A stretch of DNA of 64,000 bases from Hyalangium minutum (GTDB lineage: Bacteria > Myxococcota > Myxococcia > Myxococcales > Myxococcaceae): contig NZ_JMCB01000030.1 in the NCBI RefSeq assembly GCF_000737315.1, positions 14,558 through 78,557 of the forward strand, written 5' to 3'. The position numbers and the translations under genes were made by a program. The notes under the pieces were generated by a model. It made no database searches. It was given only the letters and a program-made list of their open reading frames with translations, and was not told the origin of the DNA. Below, piece by piece: positions 18,251 through 29,000 of this stretch (position 1 is the first letter of the stretch; every line of letters starts with the position of its first letter).

Positions 18251-18646
18251 ATGGCCATGCCCACCATCTTGATCTCCGACGATGAGCCCTTGCTGGTGTC
18301 TGCCCTCGCTCGCGAGGGCCGCCGCTCCGGGCTGACCTGCATCACCGACACCACCGCCGAGAACGTCCTCGCCCTGGCCCGCGAGCATCACCCCGCCGTC
18401 ATCATCCTCGACATCTTCCAGCGCCTCGATGGACGCGACCTGCTCGCCCAGCTCAAGCAGGACCCCGCCACCCGCGACTGCAAGGTCATCATCCTCAGCG
18501 CCATCGAGGACCAGCAGATGCGCCACCAGTGCTTCCAGCTCGGCGCCGATGCCTACGAGGTGAAGCCCTTCGCCGCCACTTTCATGCCCCGCGTCGCCCG
18601 GCTCGCCAACGCCGTCACCCAGCAGGCTGTCGCCGCCGCGAGCTGA
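18251..18646 (+). CDS. Single-domain response regulator
   Basis: ILISDDE, IILDI, ILSA, YEVKPF. Confidence 0.85.
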   Translation: MAMPTILISDDEPLLVSALAREGRRSGLTCITDTTAENVLALAREHHPAVIILDIFQRLDGRDLLAQLKQDPATRDCKVIILSAIEDQQMRHQCFQLGADAYEVKPFAATFMPRVARLANAVTQQAVAAAS

Positions 18647-18667
18647 GCCCCGCTCCCAGCGAGCCCC

Positions 18668-19336
18668 TCAGCCGCGCTGCCCCTCGGGGCGCAGCGAGCG
18701 AATGGCCGCCGCGTAGTCCTTCGCGCCGAACACGTACGAGCCCGCCACCAGCACCGAGGCCCCTGCCTCCACCACTCGCTGCGCCGTCTGCGCGTTGATC
18801 CCCCCGTCCACCTCGATGTCCACGTCCAGCTTGCGCGCGTCCAACATCGCCCGCAGCCGACGCACCTTGTCCACCGTGCTCTCGATGAAGCTCTGCCCTC
18901 CAAACCCCGGGTTCACGCTCATCAACAGCACCATGTCCACCTCGCCCAGCACCTCCTCCACCGCCGACAACGGCGTCGACGGGTTGAGCACCACCGAGGG
19001 CTTCGCTCCCAGCTGCCGGATGTGCTGCAGCGTCCGGTGCAAGTGGGGGCTCACCTCCACGTGCACCGTCAGCACGTCCGCCCCCGCCTTCACGAACGCC
19101 TCCACGTACTTCTCCGGCTCCACAATCATCAGGTGCACGTCCAGCGGCCGGGTCGCCGCCCGCTTGATGGCCTCCACCACCACCGGGCCCAGGGTGATGT
19201 TCGGCACGAACCGGCCATCCATGACATCCACGTGAATCCAATCGGCGCCCGCAGCCTCCACGGCGCGGACTTCCTCCGCCAGACGGCCGAAATCACAGGA
19301 GAGCAGTGAAGGAGAGATGCGGACAGGGCGGCTCAT
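18668..19336 (-). CDS. rpe: Ribulose-phosphate 3-epimerase
   Basis: [36 protein letters not shown]. Confidence 0.97.
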   Translation of the reverse strand: MSRPVRISPSLLSCDFGRLAEEVRAVEAAGADWIHVDVMDGRFVPNITLGPVVVEAIKRAATRPLDVHLMIVEPEKYVEAFVKAGADVLTVHVEVSPHLHRTLQHIRQLGAKPSVVLNPSTPLSAVEEVLGEVDMVLLMSVNPGFGGQSFIESTVDKVRRLRAMLDARKLDVDIEVDGGINAQTAQRVVEAGASVLVAGSYVFGAKDYAAAIRSLRPEGQRG

Positions 19337-19514
19337 AGATGGCCCGCTTCATAACCGCTCCGGGTTTCCTGCGGTACCAGACATTCCCGCGATGCACGCC
19401 GGAAGTCGCCTTGCTATCCAACCTGGGAGGCAGCCAGGCAGGCCGGTGCCTCACTCATCGTGCTAGAACGAAGCGCCTTTCGGGTCCAGCCCTTTACTCC
19501 GGAGCCTCTTCCCG

Positions 19515-21020
19515 GTGATCTATCCGTCCGACGAAACCGCGCTCACCCGCCGTCTCCAGAAGCTCACGTCCATCCTGGACGTGACCAAGGCGATGAGCGC
19601 CGAGCGCGATCTGGATCTGCTGCTGCCGCTCATCCTCTTCGAGGCCTCCAAGGTCGTCGAGGCGGATCGGTGCTCGCTCTTCATCCTGGATCGCGAGCGC
19701 AACGAGCTGTGGAGCAAGGTCGCCCAGGGCGCCAAGAAGGAGATCCGCCTCCCGGTGGGCAGCGGCATCGCCGGCCAGGTGGCCGCCACCGGCTCCCCCA
19801 TCAACATCCCGGATGCCTACGCGGATGAGCGCTTCAACCGCTCGTTCGACACCTCCAGCGGCTACCGCACCCAGACCATCCTCTGCGTGCCCATGCGCGA
19901 CGCCACCGGCGAAGTCACCGGCGTCATCCAAGCCCTCAACAAGCGCGGTGGCCGCATCTTCGACGCCGAGGACGAGGAGCTGCTGCTGGCCCTGGGCGCC
20001 CAGGCCGCCGGCGCCATCGAGAACGCCCTGCTCCACGAGGAGATCAACAAGCTCTTCGAGGGCTTCGTCTCCGCCTCCGTCGTCGCCATCGAAGCGCGCG
20101 ACCCGACCACCGCGGGCCATTCCGGCCGCGTGGCGGACCTCACGGTGGGGCTCGCCGAGGCGCTGGAGCACGTCGCCACGGGCAGCTACGCCATGACGCG
20201 CTTCACCCCCACGGAGCTCCAGGAGCTGCGCTACGCCTCGCTCCTGCACGACTTCGGCAAGGTGGGCGTGCGCGAGCCGGTGCTCGTCAAGGCCGAGAAG
20301 CTCTACCCCCACGAGATGGAGATGCTGCGCTCGCGCTTCCAGCTCGCGCGCAAGGACTTGCAGCTCCAGAGCTACAAGCGCCGGCTGGCCACCGTGAAGC
20401 TGCGCGGCGAGAAGGCCATCCCCGAGATCGACGGCGAGGAGGAGGCCCGCCTCACCGAGGAGCTCAAGCGCCTCGACGAGGTGTTCGAGTTTCTCCTCAC
20501 CTGCAACCGCCCCACCGTGCTGGCCCAGGGCGGCTTCGAGCGCCTCAGCGAGCTGCGCAAGCTCTCCTTCACGGACTCGCGAGACCAGGTGCAGCCGCTG
20601 CTGCTCGAGAACGAGATCCGCTCGCTCTCCATCGCCCGGGGCACGCTGTCGCCCGAGGAGCGCAAGGAGATCGAGAGCCACGTCGAGCACACCTACCGCT
20701 TCCTCTCGCAGATCCCCTGGACGCGCACCCTGCGCCGCGTCCCAGAGATCGCCTACGCGCACCACGAGAAGCTCGACGGCACCGGCTACCCGCGCGCCAT
20801 CCCCTCGAAGACCATCCCCGTGCAGTCCAAGATGATGGCCATCTCGGACATCTTCGACGCGCTCACCGCGTCCGACCGGCCCTACAAGAAGGCCGTGCCC
20901 TACACCCTCGCGGTCGACATCCTCAAGAAGGAAGCCTCGGCAGGCCAGCTCGACAACGAGCTGCTCACCGTCTTCATCGAGGCGGAGGTCCCCAAGAAGG
21001 TCCTGGGAACCTTCAAGTAG
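19515..21020 (+). CDS. GAF + HD-GYP cyclic dinucleotide phosphodiesterase
   Basis: GAF (FDTSSGYRTQTILCVPM); LLHDFGK; HHEKLDGTGYP. Confidence 0.9.
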   Translation: MIYPSDETALTRRLQKLTSILDVTKAMSAERDLDLLLPLILFEASKVVEADRCSLFILDRERNELWSKVAQGAKKEIRLPVGSGIAGQVAATGSPINIPDAYADERFNRSFDTSSGYRTQTILCVPMRDATGEVTGVIQALNKRGGRIFDAEDEELLLALGAQAAGAIENALLHEEINKLFEGFVSASVVAIEARDPTTAGHSGRVADLTVGLAEALEHVATGSYAMTRFTPTELQELRYASLLHDFGKVGVREPVLVKAEKLYPHEMEMLRSRFQLARKDLQLQSYKRRLATVKLRGEKAIPEIDGEEEARLTEELKRLDEVFEFLLTCNRPTVLAQGGFERLSELRKLSFTDSRDQVQPLLLENEIRSLSIARGTLSPEERKEIESHVEHTYRFLSQIPWTRTLRRVPEIAYAHHEKLDGTGYPRAIPSKTIPVQSKMMAISDIFDALTASDRPYKKAVPYTLAVDILKKEASAGQLDNELLTVFIEAEVPKKVLGTFK

Positions 21021-21084
21021 ACGTCCCGCCCGACTCCTCGGGCGGGCGTCCTCTCGGCGCCTGGCGTAGCGCCAGGCTCCAGGC

Positions 21085-22518
21085 TCAGGTGCCCTGGATG
21101 GTGTGCAGCCGCAGGCTGTTGATCTTGCCCGGCTGCCCCACCGGCGCACCGAAGACGATGACGATGCGATCGCCCGGACTGGCCAGGCCGCGCGTGAGCA
21201 GCTCCTCCTCCACGCGCTTCACCATCGCCTCGGTCTCTTGGATGGGCTCCAGCACCCGCGGCACCACACCCCACAGGAGCGCCAGCCGGCGGCGGACCTC
21301 CTGGTTCGGGCTGAACGCCACGATGGGCACCGGCGGCCGGTAGTGCGCCAGCAGCCGCGCCGTCACGCCCGACAGCGTGAACGCCGCGATGAGCGATGCA
21401 CCGCTCGCCTCCGCCGCCTGGCACGCCACGCGCGCAATCACGTCCGGGAAGTGTGACGGCAGCCCCAGCGGCGCCTCGATGACGCGCTTGAGGTGCTGCG
21501 CCCGGGTGGCCGACTCGGCCGCCAGGACGATGCGGTCCATCATCTGCACCGACTCGATGGGGTACTTGCCGCTGGCCGTCTCGCCCGACAGCATCACCGC
21601 GTCCGCGCCGTCAAACACCGCGTTGGCCACGTCGCTGGCCTCGGCGCGCGTGGGCCGCGGGTTGTCGATCATCGAGTTCAGCATCTGCGTGGCCACGATG
21701 ACGGGCAGGCCGCGAGCGTTGGCGCGCCGGACGATGTCCTTCTGCACCGCCGGCACCTCCTCGGGAGGAATCTCCACGCCGAGGTCGCCGCGCGCCACCA
21801 TCACGCCGTCCGTCTTGTCCAGGATGGCATCCAGCCGCGCGATGGCCTCCGGCTTCTCCAGCTTGGCGATGATGGGCACCGTGCGGCCCACCTCGTTCAT
21901 CGCCTGCCGGGCCATGTCGATGTCCGCCGGCTGGCGCACGAAGGACAGCGCGATGAAGTCCACGCCCGCCTTGATGCCGAAGACGAGGTCCTCGCGGTCC
22001 TTCGGAGTGAGCGCGTCCGCGCGCACCGCGACACCCGGCAGGTTGATGCCCTTGTTGTTCTTCAGCGTGCCACCGACCACCACTTGGGTCTTCAGCAGCT
22101 GCTTCTTGTCCGTCTCGACGACGCGGAGCTCCAGCAGGCCGTCATCCAGCAGGATGCGGTCGCCGGGGTTCACGTCCGCCGCCAGATGCGGGTACGTGGT
22201 GGAGACGATGTCGTCGGTCCCCTTCACGGTCTCGTCGGTGGTGATGGAGAAGTAGGTGCCTTCCTTCAGCTCCGTGCTGCCGTTGATGAAGCGGCCGGTG
22301 CGGATCTTCGGGCCCTGCAGGTCTCCCAGAATGCCCACCGGCTTGCGGACCCTCAGCTGGGCCGCGCGCAGCTTGGCGATGTTCTCCGCGTGCTGCTCGT
22401 GGCTGCCGTGGGAGAAGTTCAGCCGGGCCACATCCATCCCCGCGTCCAGCAGGGCCTCCAGCATCTCCTGGCTCTGGCTCGCAGGTCCCAGGGTGCAGAC
22501 AATCTTCGCTCGTCGCAT
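21085..22518 (-). CDS. pyk: Pyruvate kinase
   Basis: KIVCTLGPAS, ARLNFSHG, MVARGDLGVE, ATQMLNSM, MLSGETA. Confidence 0.98.
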   Translation of the reverse strand: MRRAKIVCTLGPASQSQEMLEALLDAGMDVARLNFSHGSHEQHAENIAKLRAAQLRVRKPVGILGDLQGPKIRTGRFINGSTELKEGTYFSITTDETVKGTDDIVSTTYPHLAADVNPGDRILLDDGLLELRVVETDKKQLLKTQVVVGGTLKNNKGINLPGVAVRADALTPKDREDLVFGIKAGVDFIALSFVRQPADIDMARQAMNEVGRTVPIIAKLEKPEAIARLDAILDKTDGVMVARGDLGVEIPPEEVPAVQKDIVRRANARGLPVIVATQMLNSMIDNPRPTRAEASDVANAVFDGADAVMLSGETASGKYPIESVQMMDRIVLAAESATRAQHLKRVIEAPLGLPSHFPDVIARVACQAAEASGASLIAAFTLSGVTARLLAHYRPPVPIVAFSPNQEVRRRLALLWGVVPRVLEPIQETEAMVKRVEEELLTRGLASPGDRIVIVFGAPVGQPGKINSLRLHTIQGT

Positions 22519-22620
22519 AGGGGGCGGAGGATGGGGGGCGCATCGCGCGGGGTCAAGGATGCAAACCGGCGCGCCCCACGCTCGGTAAAACGGTAAAACG
22601 GCGGCCGAGCAGCAGAGCCC

Positions 22621-23457
22621 TCAGCCTCGCAGGAGCACGCCGAGGTTCTCGCGCTCCCAGCGCAGTGCGGCAACGTAGTGCGGGAAGGCCTTCTCCCGGT
22701 CGCGGAACGCACGCGGGTGGTGCACCCGCCGGCCGCCCCGCCCCGTGCTCGGGAAGAGCTGGTGGAGCATCTCGTGGAAGACGATGAACTCCACGAAGAA
22801 GGCCGGCACCTCGGGGCGATCCAACGCGGGGTGGATGCGAATCTCGCGCGTCTGGTGATCGTACACGCCCAGGCGGATGGACTTGCGCCGCCGCCGGGGA
22901 GGCATGCGGCCCCACCCAATGCGCGCCTGGATGCCGTCCTGGAAGTAGGTGCGGTTCACGCCCTCGAAAATCGTTTGCAGGTCGAAGCAACGGCCCACGG
23001 GGTTGAGGTCCGCGTCCGTCTCGCGGCGGAACTGGCGGATGCGCGGCTGTTGGCCGCGAATGTACTCGTCCAGCAAGCCACCCGCGCCCCGGTGCCCCCG
23101 GCCCGCGTAGTCCGCCACCGCGCGCAGCACGGGCTCGGGCGCGTCCAGGAACATGTGGTGCAGCCGCAGCTGCAGCACGTTGCCCCCGCGCCGGAAGGAC
23201 ACCATCGTCGAGCGGTTGTCCGTCACCGCCAGCCGGACGGGGATGCCCAGGTCCGCCGAGAGCCGCCACGCCAGCGACTCGGCGCGGGAGAACAGCTCGT
23301 CCCGCTCGGAGGCAATGCGCGGGGCCTCCTCCACCACCCGATTGCGAACGGGCGGCTGAGGCGCGGGCTCGGGCGGCGGCGGCGGGGAAGGCCGCAGCGA
23401 CGCCGTCGGGCTCCCGGACAGCGTGAAGAGGGACATCTGGCGGGGGTACAAGGTCAT
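22621..23457 (-). CDS. SprT/YgjP-like zinc metallopeptidase
   Basis: IRIHPALD...FHEMLH (HExxH). Confidence 0.7.
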   Translation of the reverse strand: MTLYPRQMSLFTLSGSPTASLRPSPPPPPEPAPQPPVRNRVVEEAPRIASERDELFSRAESLAWRLSADLGIPVRLAVTDNRSTMVSFRRGGNVLQLRLHHMFLDAPEPVLRAVADYAGRGHRGAGGLLDEYIRGQQPRIRQFRRETDADLNPVGRCFDLQTIFEGVNRTYFQDGIQARIGWGRMPPRRRRKSIRLGVYDHQTREIRIHPALDRPEVPAFFVEFIVFHEMLHQLFPSTGRGGRRVHHPRAFRDREKAFPHYVAALRWERENLGVLLRG

Positions 23458-23535
23458 CTCTCGCCCAGCATCGTACCCGCCACCCTTGAGGACTCAAGGC
23501 CGCTGGCGGCTGGTTGCCCGCACTCCGTCAGGCCG

Positions 23536-24093
23536 TCAACCGCGACCATGGCTTCGAGACTCCCTTGCCAACTGCGCCCCCAGGGACTCCACCGTCTCGC
23601 GCGAGGTGCCAAACGCGGCGAAGACATCCTCCATCGACTCGGCCTCCTCCACCGCGAGGCACGCCCCGCCCTGCTCCCGCGCCAGTAGGAGATCGCCAAA
23701 GCGCCCCACAGCCAGGCTCCAGCTCCCATCGGCCCACTGGTCGAAAGGAAAGAGCTGGCAGGCAATCGGACGAACGTCGGAGGGCAGTGTGCACCCGGAC
23801 GTGTGCTTGTAGAAGACGCAGGCCCCCTCCTTGGCCCGCAGCACGGTGCGCACGGGGCCGCGGCGGAAATAGCCTCGGTAGAGCGGCCAGCGGTTCTCGA
23901 AGTCCGCGGCGCCCGCCTCGCTCACGCCTTCCTCCTCGGTGAAGCGGCGCGCGGGCAGGCCCGTGTGCGCGCTGATCCGCTCCATGTCCGAGCGGGTCAC
24001 CATGGCCAGCTGCTCGGTGCCTCGGGGCTCGCAGCAGGACTTCCCCAGCACCTTCGAGCAGCGCGCGCAGGCCGGGCTCACGGGCGCCTTCAT
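23536..24093 (-). CDS. YkgJ-family cysteine-cluster protein
   Basis: CARC, CC, GACVF, RPIACQLFPF. Confidence 0.75.
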   Translation of the reverse strand: MKAPVSPACARCSKVLGKSCCEPRGTEQLAMVTRSDMERISAHTGLPARRFTEEEGVSEAGAADFENRWPLYRGYFRRGPVRTVLRAKEGACVFYKHTSGCTLPSDVRPIACQLFPFDQWADGSWSLAVGRFGDLLLAREQGGACLAVEEAESMEDVFAAFGTSRETVESLGAQLARESRSHGRG

Positions 24094-25550
24094 GCGAGCG
24101 GCGGCTCCGTGTGGCGCGTCTTCAGCAGGCGCTCGAGCCGCTCGGGCTCCATGCGCACCAGGAACGTCTTCTCGCGGCTGTAGAGCACCTGGCCCGGCGC
24201 TCCTCCCTTCACCTTGCGGACGAACTTCACCGGCACGTAGCTCACCTCGCCGCGCGGCTCGCCCTTGGCCCCCGAGTGGTGAAGCGCCAGGTGCGCGGCA
24301 TCCAGCAACACCTCCTGCGCCACCTCCATGCCCTTCTCCAAGGGGACCACCACATGGCTGCCCGGCTGCCCTCGGGCATGCAGCCAGAGGTGGTACGGCT
24401 TCGCCACCTTGAAGGTCAGCATGTCGTTGTCCTCCGAGCCCCGCCCCACCCAGATGCGCTGCCCGCCGTGCCCCAGGTACTCCTTATAAGGACGGCCCTC
24501 CTGGGGGCCCTCCTCACTGGCGGGCGCCTGCAGCACCTCTGCCTGGGCCAGCAGCGCTGCCTCGTCCATGCGCTCCAGCTGCTCCAGCGCGGCCTGCGCC
24601 TGCGCCACCTCGCGCGCCAGCTCCGCCTCGCGGCGGCGGGCCTGCTCCACACCCCGCATCAGCCGCTTGTATTGGTGGAAGCGCCAGTCCACCTCCTCCT
24701 TCGGCGAGCGCTTCGGATCCAGCTTCACCTTCACCTCCTCCACGCCCGTCTCCGTGTACGCCGTCAGCGTCACCTCGGAGGTGCCGCGGCGCAGGCGGTG
24801 GAGGTTCTGCGTGAGCAGCTCTCCCAGGCGGCGGTGCTCCTCGGCATCCGGGCCGCGCCCGGCCTCGGCGCGCACCTTCTCCAGCGTCCGCCCGGAGCGC
24901 TTGAGCCGCGCCCGGTACGGCTGCGTCAGGCGCCGGCGAATGGCCTCCGCGCGGCTCTTCCGATCGCGCTCGCCCAGCAGCCGCTCCGCGGCCTCCGCGT
25001 ACGGCGCGAAGTCTCCTGGCGCCGGCTGCAGCCGGGAAGGCGCGCTCCGGGCCTTCTCCAGCGCCTCGGGCGGCAGCGGCTCGGGAGGCTTCCACTCCGA
25101 GCCCGGGTAGACCCCTCGCCTCTGCGCGAGCCCCTCTCCACTGTGCATCAGCACCCGGCCGCTCTCGCTCAGCAGCACCAGCCCGCCCGGCGGAGCCAGC
25201 TCCAGCACGAGCCGCCGCGTGCCCGCCTCTTCCTTGTGAAGCTCGAGCACCACCACGCGCTCTGCTTCACGCCAGCTCGCACCCTTCAGCTTGAAGCCCG
25301 TGAGCTCCTGCCGCAGCCAGCGCTGAAAGGGCGCGGGCTCACCCGGTGTGGGGAAGCGCTCGGCGGCCACCGAGAGCCGGGCCAGGTCTCCCTCCGCGCA
25401 CAGACACAACAGGAAGGAGCGCCCTGGCAGCCGCAGCTCCAGGTACGCCAGCCGCGGCAGCGGGCACCACGCCTTCTGCAACACCGCCCCCGACAGGCGC
25501 GTGCCCACCTCCGCCACGACCTGCTCCAGCTCTGTGGGACGCAGTGACAT
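24090..25550 (-). CDS. NFACT/FbpA-family protein (RqcH-like)
   Basis: N-terminal NFACT-like region, coiled coil, C-terminal IWVGRGSEDND...WLHARGQPGSHVV (NFACT-R). Confidence 0.85.
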   Translation of the reverse strand: MSLRPTELEQVVAEVGTRLSGAVLQKAWCPLPRLAYLELRLPGRSFLLCLCAEGDLARLSVAAERFPTPGEPAPFQRWLRQELTGFKLKGASWREAERVVVLELHKEEAGTRRLVLELAPPGGLVLLSESGRVLMHSGEGLAQRRGVYPGSEWKPPEPLPPEALEKARSAPSRLQPAPGDFAPYAEAAERLLGERDRKSRAEAIRRRLTQPYRARLKRSGRTLEKVRAEAGRGPDAEEHRRLGELLTQNLHRLRRGTSEVTLTAYTETGVEEVKVKLDPKRSPKEEVDWRFHQYKRLMRGVEQARRREAELAREVAQAQAALEQLERMDEAALLAQAEVLQAPASEEGPQEGRPYKEYLGHGGQRIWVGRGSEDNDMLTFKVAKPYHLWLHARGQPGSHVVVPLEKGMEVAQEVLLDAAHLALHHSGAKGEPRGEVSYVPVKFVRKVKGGAPGQVLYSREKTFLVRMEPERLERLLKTRHTEPPLA

Positions 25551-25658
25551 TTCCGCCTCTCCTCAAGGACTCTCGAAAGGGAGGACAGGCCACACGACCC
25601 ATGAGCCGCCCCGCCGCCCCGTGCTGGAGCGTATCGTGGCGGAACGGAGCGTCCCTCC

Positions 25659-25931
25659 TCAACAGGCGATGCGGATGTTGGGCGCCTTGCTCCGCTTGCT
25701 CGGGAGGTGGAGTGTCAGCTTCGCACCCTCCTTCTGCCCCTCCTCGACCACGGACAGATCGATCTTAGGGTCGAGCTTGTACTTGAAGTGCTTCTTCAGG
25801 GCCGCCCGCGGATCCTGGAGCAACTCCGAACGAAATGCATCATCTGTCCGCGCGCGTTCCTGAGCCTGGGTCCACACGTCCAGCCAATTCTTGAACTCCG
25901 ACACAGCTTCCTTGGCGTTTTTCGCGGCCAT
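25659..25931 (-). CDS. NHLP-like (BMA_0021-type) TOMM precursor peptide
   Basis: ARTDDAFRSELLQDPRAALKKHF...LSVVE...LHLP leader; adjacent to kinase/cyclase and YcaO genes; lower GC. Confidence 0.75.
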   Translation of the reverse strand: MAAKNAKEAVSEFKNWLDVWTQAQERARTDDAFRSELLQDPRAALKKHFKYKLDPKIDLSVVEEGQKEGAKLTLHLPSKRSKAPNIRIAC

Positions 25932-25953
25932 CTCCCCTCCGTGGATGATGTCT

Positions 25954-25959
25954 TATAAT
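25954..25959. promoter_or_regulatory. TATAAT box in the divergent precursor/kinase intergenic region
   Basis: TTATAATA reads TATAAT on plus and TATTAT on minus. Confidence 0.4.
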
Positions 25960-26014
25960 ACCACTTTCGCTTAGGACCCGGCTCGGATTCAGCGGCTCGA
26001 GCTCGCGACCCTCC

Positions 26015-29000
26015 ATGGAAAACGCTCCTCCATCGATTCATCCGCTCACGCCGCTGCAGGAACGCTACACGCTGCAGGCCAAGCTGGGAGAGGGCGGCTT
26101 CGGCACCATCCACGAGGCCACGCAAATCACCACGGGCCAGCGGGTCGCGGTGAAGTTCCTCCGCCTGCGCCCAGACGATGCGAACACGAGCGTGGAGAAG
26201 CAGGCCGCCCGCTTCCGCCGGGAAACTTCCCTGTGCGCCAAGCTGTATCACCCGCACATCGTCCGGCTCATTGACGCGGGCCTCAGCGCGGAGAACCAGC
26301 TCTACAGCGTCTTCGAGTTCGTCCCCGGCAAGAACCTGGCGCAAGTCCTCAAGGAAGAGGGACCGCTCGCGCCCCGTGAGGTGCACCGGCTGATGAGCCA
26401 GGTGCTCGATGCGCTGGGCTGTGCCCACAAGGAGAACGTGGTGCACCGGGACCTCAAGCCGCAGAACATCATGGTGACGGGGACCGGTGTGCGGCGCAAC
26501 GCGGTGGTCCTCGACTTCGGGCTGGGCACGCTGGTCGAGGACAGCCTGTCGGCCCAGGACACGCGCCTGACCGGGACGATGGAGTGGATGGGCACTCCCT
26601 CCTACGCCGCGCCGGAGCAGCTGCGCAAGGACGCCACCACTGCCGCGGCGGACCTGTACGCGTGGGGACTCATCTTCATCGAGTGTCTGACGGGCGTGCG
26701 GATCATGCAGGGCGCCACCATGGCGGAGGTGCTCTACAAGCAGCTCGGTCCTGAGCCCGTCCCCCTGCCTCCCTCCCTGCGCAATCATCCGCTCGGGCAG
26801 TTGCTGCGCCGGGTGACGGAGAAGAACTCCCCGGAGCAGCGCGGCACCGCCGCGGAGCTGTTGTCGCAGCTCGAGGAGATGGATCTCTCGGGTCTGCTCT
26901 CCGCCCCGGCCTTGCCGGAGGCGGTCCTTCTGCCCTCCACCACGCCCAGGACGGGCGAGGGCCAGGCCCTCACGCCCACGGCCGTCGGCAGCGCCCTGAC
27001 TCTGACCACGAACGTCCCACCCCAGTGGATGCTCGCGGGAGGCGAGCGCCGCCAGGTGGTGGCCCTGTGCTGCGGGCTGGTCCTGTCCCACCCGGACCCT
27101 GCACGCGTGGACTTCGAGGACCTGGAGCTGCCCCTGCGGGCTTCCCAGGAGCTGCTCGGCGCCATCGCCGCCCGCTACCACGGGCACATCATGAGCGTGC
27201 TCGGGCAGCAGGTGCTCATGTACTTCGGCTATCCCAGCACGCGCGTGGATGACGCTCGCCGCGCGGCCGCCGCTGCGATGGCCATCCTCGAGGGCATCGA
27301 CACCCTCAACTCCCAGCGAAAGGAGCCCCTGCGCTGCTCGGCCCGCATCGGCCTCCACGTCGGGCAGTTGGTGGTCTCCAAGGAGGCGGCCGCCCAACCT
27401 TGGCGGGAGTTCGGCGTCACCGCCTCGGTGGCGGCGCAGCTCGGCGAGCGGGCCGAGCCAGGAACGATTCTGGTGGGTGAGAGCGCGTACCCCCTGCTGC
27501 GAGACCACTTCACGCTGGAGTCCCAGGGCCAGGTGCCCACGGGGTTCCTTCAGCAGCCCATGGAGCTCTTCAGCCTGAAGGGGCCGCGCGTCGCCACGGA
27601 CGAGGCGCCCTCCATGCGGGGCAGCATCGTCATGGTGAGCCGGGATCACGAGCTCGGCCTGCTGCTGGAGCGGTGGAGGCAAGTCGACGAGGGCTCGGGC
27701 CAGGTGGCGCTCGTCCGGGGTGAAGCGGGGATCGGCAAGTCCCGCCTGTGCCATGAGCTGCGGCGGAAGCTCCAGGGCAGGGAGCACCAGTTCTTCGAGT
27801 GCCGTTGCTCGCCCGAGGCTCGCAACAGCCCGCTGTTCCCCGTCATCGAGCCGCTCAAGCAGCTGCTCGGCTACAACGAGGGCGACTCCCCGGCGCAGCG
27901 GCTTGCGCGCATGGAGGAGGCGCTGTCGCGCTACCCCCTGGAGCTCAAGGAGGCCGTGCCGCTGGTGGCGAGCCTGTTCGCCCTGCCGGTGGAAGATCGC
28001 TATCCCACGCCGCAGATGACGCCGCTGAAGCTCAAGGAGCTGACGCTGCGGCTGCTCGTGACGCTCTTCTATGAGATGGCCGAGCAGTGCCCCCTGCTGC
28101 TGTTCGTGGAGGATCTGCACTGGGCGGACCCCACCCTGCTGGAGCTGCTGGGCGCCCTGCTGGCGGAGTGCGCCACCTCGCCGGTCTACCTGCTGCTCAC
28201 CTCCCGGCCGGAGTTCAGCACCCCCTGGCCCAATGCCCCCATCCTGCAGATCCAGCTCGGGCGCCTGGAGCGGGAAGCCACCGAGCAGCTCATCCGTGCG
28301 CTCACCGAGGCCAACCCCCTCCCTCCGAGCATGCTGGAGCAGATCGTCCAGCGCACCGAGGGCGTGCCGCTGTTCGTCGAAGAGCTCACCCGCATGGTGG
28401 CGGAGACACGGCCCTCCTCGCCGCAGAGCGGCCTGGCCATTCCCTCCACGCTGCGGGGCTCGCTGCTGACGCGCTTGGACCTCCTGGGGTCCCCCAAGGT
28501 GACGGCGCAGATCGCCTCGGCGCTCGGGCGCGAGTTCCAGTACGACGTGCTGTGCGCCATCTCGCCTCGCGATGAGGCGGAGCTGAAGGAGGACCTGGAG
28601 CAATTGCTGCGCGCGGACCTCATCTACACGCGCCGCCGGGCCCGCAGCCGCACGTACATCTTCAAGCACGCGCTCATCCAGGACATCGCCTACGACTCGC
28701 TGCCGAAGGCCACGCGCCGCCACCTGCACGCGCGCATCGCCGAGACGCTCCAGGCCCGCTTCCCGGAGCTCGCCGAGACACGGCCCGAGCTGCTCGCTCA
28801 CCACTTCGCCGCGGCGGACCAGCTGCTCCAAGCGCTGGAGTATGGCCGCAAGGCGGCGGTCATGGCGCTCCAGCGCTCGGCCAACGAAGAGTCCGCGCAG
28901 CACACCACCCAGGCGCTGGGCTGGCTCCAGACGGTGGAGAACCCCTCCGAGCGCCGTGAGACGGAGCTGGGGCTCAACGGCCTGCTGCTCACGGCGCTCA

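Noticed and set aside
25659-25931. Nitrile hydratase subunit
   Set aside because: Lacks the CxxCSC metal site; context is TOMM
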